Of a stretch of DNA of 39,860 nt, positions 10,279-19,680 are shown in pieces. A program made the translations under genes and the position numbers. The stretch comes from an uncultured Candidatus Saccharibacteria bacterium (GTDB lineage Bacteria; Patescibacteriota; Minisyncoccia; Phycocordibacterales; JAACPR01). The DNA lies in the NCBI GenBank assembly GCA_964401885.1, contig CAYOAC010000001.1, positions 1 to 39,860 on the forward strand. The letters run 5' to 3'. The notes under the pieces were generated by a model. That model did not search any database and was not told the DNA's origin. It was given only the letters and a program-made list of their open reading frames with translations. How positions within the stretch are numbered: the first letter of the stretch is position 1; every line of letters begins with the position of its first letter.

Positions 10279-11085
10279 ATGCTTTCATCAATTCATTCAA
10301 TCATTCTCGGAATAGTCCAAGGAATAACTGAATTTTTACCCATTTCTTCTTCAGGACATTTGATCATTACTAGAGAACTGCTTCATATTAATCAAAGTGG
10401 CGGGCTAGCTTTTGATGCAGTATTGCAACTAGCAACTGCTTTGACGGTGGTTTTGTATTTTAGAAAAGATATCATTGATTTAATTTTTAATTTATTTAGG
10501 AAAATAAAAGACCCACAAAAAACTAGGCTAACACTTTATCTGATAATAGGAACAATACCCGCTGTTATATTTGGATTATTGCTTCAAGATTACATGGATA
10601 CTGTTTTTAGAAATGCAAAATTAGTGGCACTAACTCTTGTACTAGGTTCTTTAATAATGTCTTTTGCTGATAAAGTCATATCTAAATATCAACAAAAAAA
10701 TATTTCAAAAGATTTGGATATCAAAAAAAGTTTTTGCATAGGATTATTTCAATGTCTGGCGCTTGTTCCTGGGATGTCACGATCAGGAATGACAATATCA
10801 GGTGGATATTTTCTCGGTTTATCAAAAGATTTGGCTGTAAGATTCAGTTTCCTACTTTCAATCCCAATTATAGTTGCATCTGGCTTATTAAAATTGATAG
10901 ATATTATAAAAGAGCCCAGTTTAATTTCTGTTGGGCTGTTCAATTTAGGATTAGGAGCCTTATCTGCCTTTATATTTGGGTGGTTGGCAATAGATTTTCT
11001 ATTAAAATTCTTAAAAACAAACTCATTTAAGTCTTTTGTAGTATATAGAATATTACTTGCGATTGTTATTCTGCTGTTTATTTAA
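10279..11085 (+). CDS. uppP: Undecaprenyl-diphosphatase
   Basis: Signature ILGIVQGITEFLPISSSGHL and GMSRSGMTISGG. Polytopic membrane protein. Confidence 0.92.
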   Translation: MLSSIHSIILGIVQGITEFLPISSSGHLIITRELLHINQSGGLAFDAVLQLATALTVVLYFRKDIIDLIFNLFRKIKDPQKTRLTLYLIIGTIPAVIFGLLLQDYMDTVFRNAKLVALTLVLGSLIMSFADKVISKYQQKNISKDLDIKKSFCIGLFQCLALVPGMSRSGMTISGGYFLGLSKDLAVRFSFLLSIPIIVASGLLKLIDIIKEPSLISVGLFNLGLGALSAFIFGWLAIDFLLKFLKTNSFKSFVVYRILLAIVILLFI

Positions 11086-11089
11086 TTAT

Positions 11090-11665
11090 TTAGAAACCTA
11101 ATGTGGGTGCAAGATTGTTTTCTGGAATTATTTCCCATTTTGAAGTATCAAGGTTTATTTTTTCTTTTTCACCATTTTTTTCATATAAAAGATATCCATT
11201 TTCTTTTGCAAAGTCATAAACTTTCTTGGTTACAACAACGTCTTGTTTACAATATGAGACAACTTCATCAATTTTGCCTTGTCTCCACCAGATAATAGAT
11301 TGGAGACCGTCGGCTGATTTGGATTCTCCGAGTGTTGAAGATGCAATTTCATCAAGTTTGATCCTTCTCCCTAGGACCTGTCTAATTTCTTTTAATAAAT
11401 CAAGACTCTTTATTTGTGTTAAATCACCAGCATAATATTTATCTAATAGGGGAATATCGAAATGATCACCATTAAAACTCACGAGCATGTCGGCCCTTTC
11501 TATTAGTGGCCACAATTTGCCAAGGTCTTCTTTAAAATAAGAAGTCATTTCATCGGTCTCACTGTCGTGTACACATACTACTGCAAGATCAAGATCTGCT
11601 GGATTAGGTGAACCGACTTCATCAAATGTATTTGTTGTTTCAATATCGAATGTAAGTATTTTCAT
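11090..11665 (-). CDS. DEDD-family 3'-5' exonuclease (PolB-exonuclease-like, ~190 aa)
   Basis: Exo I FDIETTN, Exo II FNGDHFDIPLL, Exo III YCKQDV. Confidence 0.75.
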   Translation of the reverse strand: MKILTFDIETTNTFDEVGSPNPADLDLAVVCVHDSETDEMTSYFKEDLGKLWPLIERADMLVSFNGDHFDIPLLDKYYAGDLTQIKSLDLLKEIRQVLGRRIKLDEIASSTLGESKSADGLQSIIWWRQGKIDEVVSYCKQDVVVTKKVYDFAKENGYLLYEKNGEKEKINLDTSKWEIIPENNLAPTLGF

Positions 11666-11759
11666 AGATGTCTATTGTATCTTATGAATTAGTTTTTACA
11701 AATTTATACATGTTTAAAAGTAAAAGCATAAAATATTTTTTTAGGTATATAATAATCTT

Positions 11760-11993
11760 ATGATTTCTACAACTTTGATATCAATAATTGAACCGCTGTT
11801 GCTGGTTTTATTTTTGGCTTTTATAGTTATATTTGTATATTTTGGAATCACCTTAGTTCATCATTGGAATTATTATTCTTTTAATACTCAAATAAAAAGA
11901 ATAATGAAAGGATTGTATTTTTTTGTTACAACCATGATTCTTTTGGTTCTGTTATTTTTTATTGGATTATACATATTAGGCTATGGCATTTAA
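11760..11993 (+). CDS. Small hydrophobic membrane protein (hypothetical)
   Basis: 77-aa ORF with two predicted TM helices. Overlaps the next ORF by 11 nt (operon-like). Confidence 0.4.
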   Translation: MISTTLISIIEPLLLVLFLAFIVIFVYFGITLVHHWNYYSFNTQIKRIMKGLYFFVTTMILLVLLFFIGLYILGYGI

Positions 11994-12501
11994 ATTAGAA
12001 TCAAACGAACATATTATTCTTGTAGTGCGGAGACATTGGTTTAAACCTGTTTTAAAAAGCTTACTTTTATTTTTTTCTTTAATTTTTCCTATAATTATTT
12101 CTTCTATTGTTTTTTCTTTACCTAAATATACTGATCAAATGGGTAACACAAGTGTATTATCGATCATATTTTTAATTACTTGGTTGTTTATAATTTGGAA
12201 TATTATTTTTGTTGTGTGGACTAATCATTTCTTAGATGTTTTAGTTGTCACAAATTTAAATATTATTGATATAGATCAAATCGGTTTGTGGCACAGAGAA
12301 GTTTCAACGTTACCGATTCAAAGGGTTCAGGATATATCCACAAAAACAGAAGGTCTAATACCTTCCATTCTTAATTATGGACAATTAGAAATTCAAAGTG
12401 CGGGAAGTCTTACAAATTTTATTGTTAATGGTGTTCAACAACCAGATGCTGTTAGACAAAAAATAAATGAACAAATAATTAAAACTAGTGTGCATTTCTG
12501 A
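11983..12501 (+). CDS. Membrane protein with a YdbS/YdbT-like bacterial PH domain (hypothetical)
   Basis: Begins E.HIIL..RRHW, followed by two TM helices and a soluble C-terminal domain, the typical bPH_2 architecture. Assigned from memory of that family. Confidence 0.55.
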   Translation: MAFKLESNEHIILVVRRHWFKPVLKSLLLFFSLIFPIIISSIVFSLPKYTDQMGNTSVLSIIFLITWLFIIWNIIFVVWTNHFLDVLVVTNLNIIDIDQIGLWHREVSTLPIQRVQDISTKTEGLIPSILNYGQLEIQSAGSLTNFIVNGVQQPDAVRQKINEQIIKTSVHF

Positions 12502-13225
12502 TTGGGGCGTTTTTGATTACTTCTAATGCTTCTTCTATAGAATCTGTAATCAAAAAGAGTTTTAAGTCTTTCTCATCGATTTTTCCTTGTTTTAATAATA
12601 ATTCTTTTATAAAAGAATTTAGAGGATTCCAAAAATAAGAACCAAATAAAATAATTGGAACATTTTCAATTTTTTTTGTTTGAACAAGAGTTAATATTTC
12701 AAAAAGTTCATCCATTGTTCCAAAACCACCAGGAAAATAAACATAAGCCTCTGCTGCATATGTTAAAGAAACTTTTCTTGTGAAAAAATATTGAAAATCA
12801 ATAGTTTTATTCAGATAGGGATTAGTTACTTGTTCTTTTGGAAGTTTAATTGTTAATCCGAAAGAATTCCCACCTACCTCAAATGCGCCTTTATTGGCTG
12901 CTTCCATTATTCCAGGACCTCCACCTGTCACTATTGCAAAACCAAGTTTTGCAATCTCTTTGGCTAGATTGTAGGCATTCAAATAATCTTTCTCTGTAGA
13001 AAGTGTTCTGGCAGAACCAAAAAAAGTCACTGTTTTGGGAGAGTCTTTAATTAATTCAAAACCTGTCAAAATTTCTTTACTGATAGTGCTAACTCTTTTT
13101 TTGATTTGTGCTTCAATTTCTGGTAATGTCAATGGTTGAGATACTGTCTGTTTGTGAGGTCTCTCTAATTCTTTCTTTTTCCTAAAAAATATCATAATAA
13201 AGTTATTATAATCTAGTTTTAACAA
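12485..13225 (-). CDS. LOG-family protein (cytokinin riboside 5'-monophosphate phosphoribohydrolase-like / TIGR00730 Rossmann protein)
   Basis: VTFFGSAR...GFAIVTGGGPGIMEAANKGA...PGGFGTMDELFE. The real start may be the internal Met near 13195. Confidence 0.85.
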   Translation of the reverse strand: MLKLDYNNFIMIFFRKKKELERPHKQTVSQPLTLPEIEAQIKKRVSTISKEILTGFELIKDSPKTVTFFGSARTLSTEKDYLNAYNLAKEIAKLGFAIVTGGGPGIMEAANKGAFEVGGNSFGLTIKLPKEQVTNPYLNKTIDFQYFFTRKVSLTYAAEAYVYFPGGFGTMDELFEILTLVQTKKIENVPIILFGSYFWNPLNSFIKELLLKQGKIDEKDLKLFLITDSIEEALEVIKNAPIRNAH

Positions 13226-13236
13226 AAGTCATCTTA

Positions 13237-14472
13237 ATGAAAAAACCAATTCAATTTAAAATAATAAAAGAACATTTAAATGGACTTGCAAGAGTCGGTG
13301 AGATTCATACTGAACATGGAATAATAAAAACTCCTGCTTTTATTCCCGTTGGAACAAAGGCTACTGTAAAATCTTTAACACCTGAACAAATTCAATCTAT
13401 TGGTGCACAAGCTGTTCTCGCAAACACTTACCATCTATATCTTGAACCGGGTGATGAAATAATTAAAAAAGCTGGTGGCATTCAAAAATTTATGAATTGG
13501 CACGGACCAACTATTACTGACTCAGGTGGGTTTCAGGTTTTTTCTCTTGGTGCAGCATTTGGATATTCACTTTCAAAAATTATCAAAGGAAAGGAAGATG
13601 AAATAATGCTTCCGTATGAGCAAGAGGTTAAAGAAGGAAAAAAAAGAAGTAATGCTGGAAAAGCTAGAATAGACGAAAATGGTGTGATGTTTCGATCTCA
13701 TATTGATGGCTCTGCTCATTATTTCACACCAGAAAAATCAATAGAAATTCAACATAATATTGGTGCTGATATTATTTTTGCTTTTGATGAATGTACTTCT
13801 CCTATGGAGGGGGAACATTATCAAAAAAGATCTTTGGATAGAACTCACCGCTGGGAAAAACAATGTCTTGAATTTCATAAAAAATCTAATCAATCAGAAA
13901 AACAGGCTTTATATGCAGTTGTTCAAGGTGGGAGATTTGAATCTTTAAGAAAGGAAAGTGCGGAATATCTTGCTTCATTAGATTTTGATGGTTTTGGAAT
14001 TGGTGGAAGTTTTGCAAAAGAAGATATGTCTAGTTCAGTTCTTTGGACTAATCAATCATTACCGAAAGAAAAACCACGACATTTACTTGGGATAGGAGAG
14101 GTTGAAGATTTGTTCATGGGAGTAGAAAATGGTTGTGATACTTTCGATTGCGTAGCAGCTACTCGTATTGCAAGAAATGGACAAGTCTATACTCACACAG
14201 GAAAAATAAATTTATTTAATGAAAAATTTAAAGAAGATTTTGAAACAGTAGACAAAGATTGTGATTGCTATACTTGCAAAAATTATTCAATAGCATATTT
14301 ATCGCATCTCTTTAGGGGACAAGAAATTCTCGCTTCAACTCTTGCAACAATTCATAATTTGAGATTTATTATTAGACTGGTTGAAAGTATGAGAGAAAAT
14401 TTGATAAATGACTCTTTTGAAAATTTTAGAGACGATTTTTTGAGTAAGTATTTAAATAAAAATAATATATAA
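13237..14472 (+). CDS. tgt: Queuine tRNA-ribosyltransferase
   Basis: LARVGEIHTEHGIIKTPAFIPVGT, ANTYHLYLEPG, TDSGGFQVFSL, and the zinc site CDCYTCKNYSxAYLSHL. Contains a ~40-aa insertion relative to typical Tgt. Confidence 0.9.
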   Translation: MKKPIQFKIIKEHLNGLARVGEIHTEHGIIKTPAFIPVGTKATVKSLTPEQIQSIGAQAVLANTYHLYLEPGDEIIKKAGGIQKFMNWHGPTITDSGGFQVFSLGAAFGYSLSKIIKGKEDEIMLPYEQEVKEGKKRSNAGKARIDENGVMFRSHIDGSAHYFTPEKSIEIQHNIGADIIFAFDECTSPMEGEHYQKRSLDRTHRWEKQCLEFHKKSNQSEKQALYAVVQGGRFESLRKESAEYLASLDFDGFGIGGSFAKEDMSSSVLWTNQSLPKEKPRHLLGIGEVEDLFMGVENGCDTFDCVAATRIARNGQVYTHTGKINLFNEKFKEDFETVDKDCDCYTCKNYSIAYLSHLFRGQEILASTLATIHNLRFIIRLVESMRENLINDSFENFRDDFLSKYLNKNNI

Positions 14473-14480
14473 TATTAAAT

Positions 14481-14852
14481 ATGTTTAATGAATCAAATTT
14501 AGATGCTCATCCAAGAGTCTTAGAAAACAAAAGAAAGGGAGAGGCTATTATGAAAGGTTTAATGGAGCCAGAAAATAGAAATGAAAAACAATTAAATCTT
14601 GCATGGCAAGTGTACAGGAGAAAACACTTTTTAGAAGAAGATTCTCCTGTTGATGAAGTTAATGCTATGTTGTTTTGGACTGAAGAAAATATTAATGAAA
14701 GGACTGGAAAAAAAGAAGATTCACTTTCTGCCACATATAGAAAAATTGAAGATGATCCAGAATTTAAAGAACATCCTAGATTATTGGGTAATTTTAAAAA
14801 TATAACATTAGAAGATATTTTGGAATATAGGAAAACCGGTGTATTGTCATAA
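14481..14852 (+). CDS. Hypothetical protein
   Basis: 123-aa ORF with ordinary composition, tightly packed between tgt and the next gene. No recognised homolog. Confidence 0.45.
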   Translation: MFNESNLDAHPRVLENKRKGEAIMKGLMEPENRNEKQLNLAWQVYRRKHFLEEDSPVDEVNAMLFWTEENINERTGKKEDSLSATYRKIEDDPEFKEHPRLLGNFKNITLEDILEYRKTGVLS

Positions 14853-14860
14853 TATTAATT

Positions 14861-15481
14861 ATGTCTTTAATTCCTGAAGAAAATAAAACTTCTGCAATTT
14901 TATTGGTTTTTGCAAATATTGTTCCAATTTTTGGTGTTTTGTTTTGGAATTGGAATACATTTGACGTATTCATCTTATTTTGGTCAGAAAGTGTAATAAT
15001 AGGATTTTATAGTATTTTCAAAATTTTAATTTACTATCAAAATAAAATTCTTGCGATGTTTTTTTCAATATTTTTTATATTTCATTTCGGTATTTTTTTG
15101 ACTGTGCATTTATTAATAATTATAGCAATGTTCTCAAACTATTTTGTTCATTCATTCAATCCATCAAACGAAATTTTTATTAAAGCATTGAGTGAATCCT
15201 CAGTTATTTTATCGGGTTTTATTTTCTTGTTTATTAGTCATGGGGTTTCTTTTTTTCAAAATTATATAGGTAAAAAAGAATACAAGATTAGCAATCCATT
15301 TAATAATCCAATGGTCACACCTTATGTAAGAATTATTATTATGCATATTGCATTAATTTTCGGAGGATTTCTTCTTATTATAACTAAAGCATCCATTAAT
15401 GGTTTAATTATATTGATTTTATTTAAAATAATTATTGATTTAAAAGGACATAATAATTCACATAAACTTAAAATTAATTAA
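14861..15481 (+). CDS. Hypothetical polytopic membrane protein
   Basis: 206 aa, very hydrophobic, with at least 5 predicted TM segments. Confidence 0.55.
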   Translation: MSLIPEENKTSAILLVFANIVPIFGVLFWNWNTFDVFILFWSESVIIGFYSIFKILIYYQNKILAMFFSIFFIFHFGIFLTVHLLIIIAMFSNYFVHSFNPSNEIFIKALSESSVILSGFIFLFISHGVSFFQNYIGKKEYKISNPFNNPMVTPYVRIIIMHIALIFGGFLLIITKASINGLIILILFKIIIDLKGHNNSHKLKIN

Positions 15482-15524
15482 AAAATCTCCACAAACTAGA
15501 CGTAAGGGAGATTTTGAAAGAAAA

Positions 15525-15911
15525 TCAAGTGAAGTCATTTTTTCTTAGAATTTCTTGGTACCAAGAATGACTTCCATTTTTCATTTCCGTGTCACCGTGA
15601 TTGATAGATAAAATTTCTACAATCAAGTCAACTTGGCCAAAGCTTTGAACAAAATCAATTACTTTGAAGTCAAAAGTAAGCTCACTAAAATCTAATGGAA
15701 ATTTTTTAAAAGTTCCACCGATTGGAGGAAAAACAGTTGGTCCGACTTTGGTATTACCATTTCTGGGGCCAAGTCTAAAAGGGGAACGATTTAGATCGCG
15801 ATGGCATCTGGTCAATCTGGTTTTGGAACCAGGAAAAGAAACTATTAGATTAAGCATGATTTGAGTGGGCTGTTCAAAAAGTAAAATAACCCATAAATAA
15901 TATAATGTCAA
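15525..15911 (-). CDS. Hypothetical protein (weak call)
   Basis: 128-aa ORF. The opposite strand carries a 66-aa ORF (15664..15864), so the coding strand is uncertain. Confidence 0.3.
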   Translation of the reverse strand: MTLYYLWVILLFEQPTQIMLNLIVSFPGSKTRLTRCHRDLNRSPFRLGPRNGNTKVGPTVFPPIGGTFKKFPLDFSELTFDFKVIDFVQSFGQVDLIVEILSINHGDTEMKNGSHSWYQEILRKNDFT

Positions 15912-15968
15912 TTGGTAAAAAATCAGTAATTAAAAAACTCAATGCAAATACATTGAGTTTTTGAAAAA

Positions 15969-16346
15969 CTATTGAAACGTCCAGCCACAATCTTTTAGTT
16001 TTTCTATTAGAGAATTTTCTTCGGAAACATCGGGATTTTCAAATGGAAGTGCATTGAAAGAAAATTTTGCATTATCGGATTTTATGACAATCTTTCTTCT
16101 AACTAGATCAATCTTACGTTTTGATGTCGTAAAATTTACTTCCCATCCAGGATGTTTGTAGTTGTCTAAATCGAAAGGAAGGTCTATGTCGTCATCCTTG
16201 CAAGGTAGAAGAGTTATTGTTGGTCTTTCTGATCTGAAAGGAGTATCTGAAACGCAGTACCAAGAAAAACATAAAAAATTTTTTCCTGTTACTTGGCAAT
16301 AATTAGGCAGTGATTTTGTAATATCTAAACGTAACTCTATTTTCAT
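15969..16346 (-). CDS. Hypothetical small protein, possible paralog of the next gene
   Basis: 125 aa. The C-terminus ...LIEKLKDCGWTFQ resembles the C-terminus of the adjacent 120-aa protein (...QILCEEGGWRLEE). Confidence 0.5.
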   Translation of the reverse strand: MKIELRLDITKSLPNYCQVTGKNFLCFSWYCVSDTPFRSERPTITLLPCKDDDIDLPFDLDNYKHPGWEVNFTTSKRKIDLVRRKIVIKSDNAKFSFNALPFENPDVSEENSLIEKLKDCGWTFQ

Positions 16347-16454
16347 AATGAAGGGGCTTTCTCGAAATCAATTTATCTATATATGCGAGTATTGTCAATT
16401 AAAAACCTCTCAGATCTTTTGGATAAGAGAGGTTTTGAGGTGTGTTTTTGAAGA

Positions 16455-16817
16455 TTAGGTTTCGCTTTCTTCTAATCTCCATCCACCTTCTTCACATAAT
16501 ATTTGCGCCACATTATTGGCCGAAAGATCAGATTTTCTTAATTCATTTTCTAGAATTACGATTTCTTCAATTTCAATCAAAAGGGTTCCATCTTTAGCAT
16601 CAACCTTTTTGACTCTGGACTCATATCTGATTTCTTCAGACAATTCAATGGTAATCAGGTCAGATTCAGGTGGGATTATTGTGCATCCTTGATATGATCC
16701 ATCTTTGGCGTAAAAAGGACTTGTCGGAACCTTATCTTCAGACCAATTCTTAAAAAAAGTGTGTTCGAGCTCTTTTGGGCCGAGCCTTAGGGTGGTAAAC
16801 AATTTGATTTTGTACAT
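16455..16817 (-). CDS. Hypothetical small protein, possible paralog of the previous gene
   Basis: 120 aa, same strand and similar size. Shared C-terminal hydrophobic-x-x-G-W motif. Confidence 0.5.
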   Translation of the reverse strand: MYKIKLFTTLRLGPKELEHTFFKNWSEDKVPTSPFYAKDGSYQGCTIIPPESDLITIELSEEIRYESRVKKVDAKDGTLLIEIEEIVILENELRKSDLSANNVAQILCEEGGWRLEESET

Positions 16818-16863
16818 ATTTTGGTTCGGAGTTCATTCGCAAAAATAACTCTAATATGTTATC

Positions 16864-18912
16864 TTGTCAATTATGGAATTTAAAATTCATTCTCAATATC
16901 AACCCGCGGGAGATCAACCAAAAGCAATTAAACAAATTGTTAAGGCTTTTGAAAGTGGTAAAGAAAAAGTAACACTTCTTGGAGTAACTGGTTCTGGAAA
17001 AACTTTTACTGTCGCTAATGTAATTCAAGAATTACAAAAGCCAACTCTTGTAATTGCACATAACAAGACTCTAGCGGCTCAACTTGCTTCAGAATATCAA
17101 GAATTTTTTCCTGAAAATGCAGTGCATTATTTTGTCTCATATTATGACTACTATCAACCTGAAGCTTACATGCCGGGCTCGGACACTTATATTGAAAAAG
17201 AAGCCCAAATAAATGCTGAGATAGATCGATTAAGACACGCATCTACACAAGCTTTGTTAACTAGAAAAGATGTCATTATTGTTGCGTCAGTATCTTGTAT
17301 TTACGGTTTGGGTTCGCCTGAAGAATATGAAAAAGAAAATTTTAAAGTTTTAAAAGGATCAAAAATTCCAAGAAATGATTTTATTCGAAAATTAGTTCAA
17401 CTTCATTATGAAAGAACCCTCGGACAAGTTAGTTCTGGAGTTTTTAGAGCAACAGGAAATTATATTGATTTTGTTCCGATATCAGAAACTTTTACTGTAC
17501 GTTTTGTTTTTCAAGACGATGTTATTACTTCGATTCTTATTATCGATTCAACTACAAGAAAAATTATCGGAGAAAGAGATTACTTTTTTATCTTTCCTGC
17601 AAAACATTTTATAACTTCAAAGGAAGAAATTAATCGTGCTGTAAAAAGTATTGAAACAGAATTAGAATTAAGATTAAAAGAACTTTTAAATGATGGAAAA
17701 ATTCTTGAAGCTGAAAGATTAAAAAGAAGAACTAGATATGATGTTGCACTTATTAAAGAGACTGGATATTGTAATGGAATTGAAAATTACTCAAGACATT
17801 TTAGTGGTAAGCAGGCTGGAGAGGCACCAGATAGTTTATTAGCTTATTTTCCAAAAGATAAAAATGGAAATCCTGATTTTTTGACTGTTATCGATGAATC
17901 TCATATTACAGTTTCTCAGATTGGTGGGATGTATGCTGGTGATAAATCTCGAAAGGATACATTAATTGAACATGGTTTTAGACTTCCAAGTGCCCTTGAT
18001 AATCGCCCACAAAAGTTCGATGAATTTTTGAAAAACACAAAACAGACTTTATACACAACTGCAACCCCTGGGAAATATGAAAAGGAATTTAGTGAAGCAA
18101 TTGCAGAACAAATAATTCGACCTACAGGACTTGTTGATCCTCAACTTGAGGTAAGACCAATTACATCAAATGCAAAATATCCAGGACAAGTAGAAGATTT
18201 TATTGTTGAAGCTCAAAAAACCATTGATGCAGGTGAAAGAGTTATTGCTACAACTTTAACTAAAAAAATGTCCGAAGATCTTGCAGAATATCTTGAAGAA
18301 AAAGGTTTTCGAACAAAATATTTACATAGTGAAATTAAAACTATTGAACGAATTGAAATTTTAACTTCACTTAGAAAAGGTGAGTACGATATTCTTGTCG
18401 GGGTAAACTTACTTCGTGAAGGAATTGATATGCCTGAAGTTAGTTTCATCGCAATTTTTGATGCTGATAAGCAGGGATTTTTGCGTTCAGAAACTTCTTT
18501 GGTTCAAACTATTGGGCGAGCAGCTAGAAATGTTAATGGTCATGTAATTCTTTATGCTGATGAAATGACTTCATCTATGAAATATGCTATTGAAGAAACA
18601 ACTCGAAGAAGAGATGTTCAAATAGAATATAATACAAAAAACAATATCACTCCTCAAACTATTAAAAGTAAAATTAAAGATATTACTGATCAGTTCAAAA
18701 AAGAACATGAAAAGACCGTTTACAATCTTGTACAAATTGATTTAAAAAGTGATAAAAATATAAAACAAGTTATTAAAGAAAAAAAATCTCAAATGGAGAT
18801 CGCTGTTAAAGAATTAGATTTTGAAACAGCCGCAATTTTACGTGATGAACTTTTTGCTCTTGAAGAAATTCAAAATAAAGGATTAAAGAAAAAGAAGAAA
18901 AATAAAATATAG
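16864..18912 (+). CDS. uvrB: Excinuclease ABC subunit B
   Basis: QPAGDQPKAI, the GVTGSGKTFT Walker A, helicase motifs, and a C-terminal UVR domain (ELDFETAAILRDEL). Confidence 0.95.
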   Translation: MSIMEFKIHSQYQPAGDQPKAIKQIVKAFESGKEKVTLLGVTGSGKTFTVANVIQELQKPTLVIAHNKTLAAQLASEYQEFFPENAVHYFVSYYDYYQPEAYMPGSDTYIEKEAQINAEIDRLRHASTQALLTRKDVIIVASVSCIYGLGSPEEYEKENFKVLKGSKIPRNDFIRKLVQLHYERTLGQVSSGVFRATGNYIDFVPISETFTVRFVFQDDVITSILIIDSTTRKIIGERDYFFIFPAKHFITSKEEINRAVKSIETELELRLKELLNDGKILEAERLKRRTRYDVALIKETGYCNGIENYSRHFSGKQAGEAPDSLLAYFPKDKNGNPDFLTVIDESHITVSQIGGMYAGDKSRKDTLIEHGFRLPSALDNRPQKFDEFLKNTKQTLYTTATPGKYEKEFSEAIAEQIIRPTGLVDPQLEVRPITSNAKYPGQVEDFIVEAQKTIDAGERVIATTLTKKMSEDLAEYLEEKGFRTKYLHSEIKTIERIEILTSLRKGEYDILVGVNLLREGIDMPEVSFIAIFDADKQGFLRSETSLVQTIGRAARNVNGHVILYADEMTSSMKYAIEETTRRRDVQIEYNTKNNITPQTIKSKIKDITDQFKKEHEKTVYNLVQIDLKSDKNIKQVIKEKKSQMEIAVKELDFETAAILRDELFALEEIQNKGLKKKKKNKI

Positions 18913-18959
18913 ACAAAAACATAAAATGTGTTAATTTGTAAAAGGCAAATGTTCGTCTT

Positions 18960-19598
18960 ATGTCTATATCATTAACTCAAGCTATGTTGGGCGGTGCTAT
19001 TACTGCATCGCGGTCGTATCAAGAAAGATCAAACAAGAAAGGGGTGATACTAATTGGGCCTCCTTGTACCGGTAAAACAGATGTTGCAAGACTTCTGTTT
19101 AAAAAAGGTGCAAAACATTATTCTTCCTCTACAGCTTTACGAGCTTATGCCAGGAGAAATGGACGTCCCGATATCATTGAACAGATGGAAAGAGGTGAAC
19201 TGGTAAGTGATTTTGAAGTTCTGCAAAGGGTTTCAAGATTGCATTATCAAGACTTCATTCGACAAATTCGTGAAGGAGAAATGGCGATTTTTGATGGCTG
19301 GGGTCGTACTCCTCAAGAACTCAGCTATGCCTTAGATAGTCTTTATTCTCAAGGAGAGATTCATGTATGTTTTCTTGATGCAACAGATGAATGTCTGTGG
19401 AAACGTTCTCACAAACGTGGAAGGAATGATGATGCTTCAATTGCTAAAAGAATTCAGATTTATCGAGAAAATGTCGAAATTCTTCAAACTGTAGCTGATT
19501 GGCGTCTTGGACCTCAATTTTATCTAACTGTTGATACTACCCATTTAAATCAACAGCAAGTTTTTGAAAAGGTTTATGGACAAGTCTGGTCAGGCTGA
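18960..19598 (+). CDS. P-loop NTPase, adenylate/nucleoside-monophosphate-kinase-like
   Basis: ILIGPPCTGKTDVARLL Walker A. Size and layout are like small NMP kinases. The substrate is unknown. Confidence 0.5.
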   Translation: MSISLTQAMLGGAITASRSYQERSNKKGVILIGPPCTGKTDVARLLFKKGAKHYSSSTALRAYARRNGRPDIIEQMERGELVSDFEVLQRVSRLHYQDFIRQIREGEMAIFDGWGRTPQELSYALDSLYSQGEIHVCFLDATDECLWKRSHKRGRNDDASIAKRIQIYRENVEILQTVADWRLGPQFYLTVDTTHLNQQQVFEKVYGQVWSG

Positions 19599-19680
19599 AA
19601 ATCAAACTCCCCTCAGTGGGAACTTTCAAAAGTTCTCGCTAGGGGTTGTTTTTTTGTCTATTTTTTAATATTGTAAAGAA

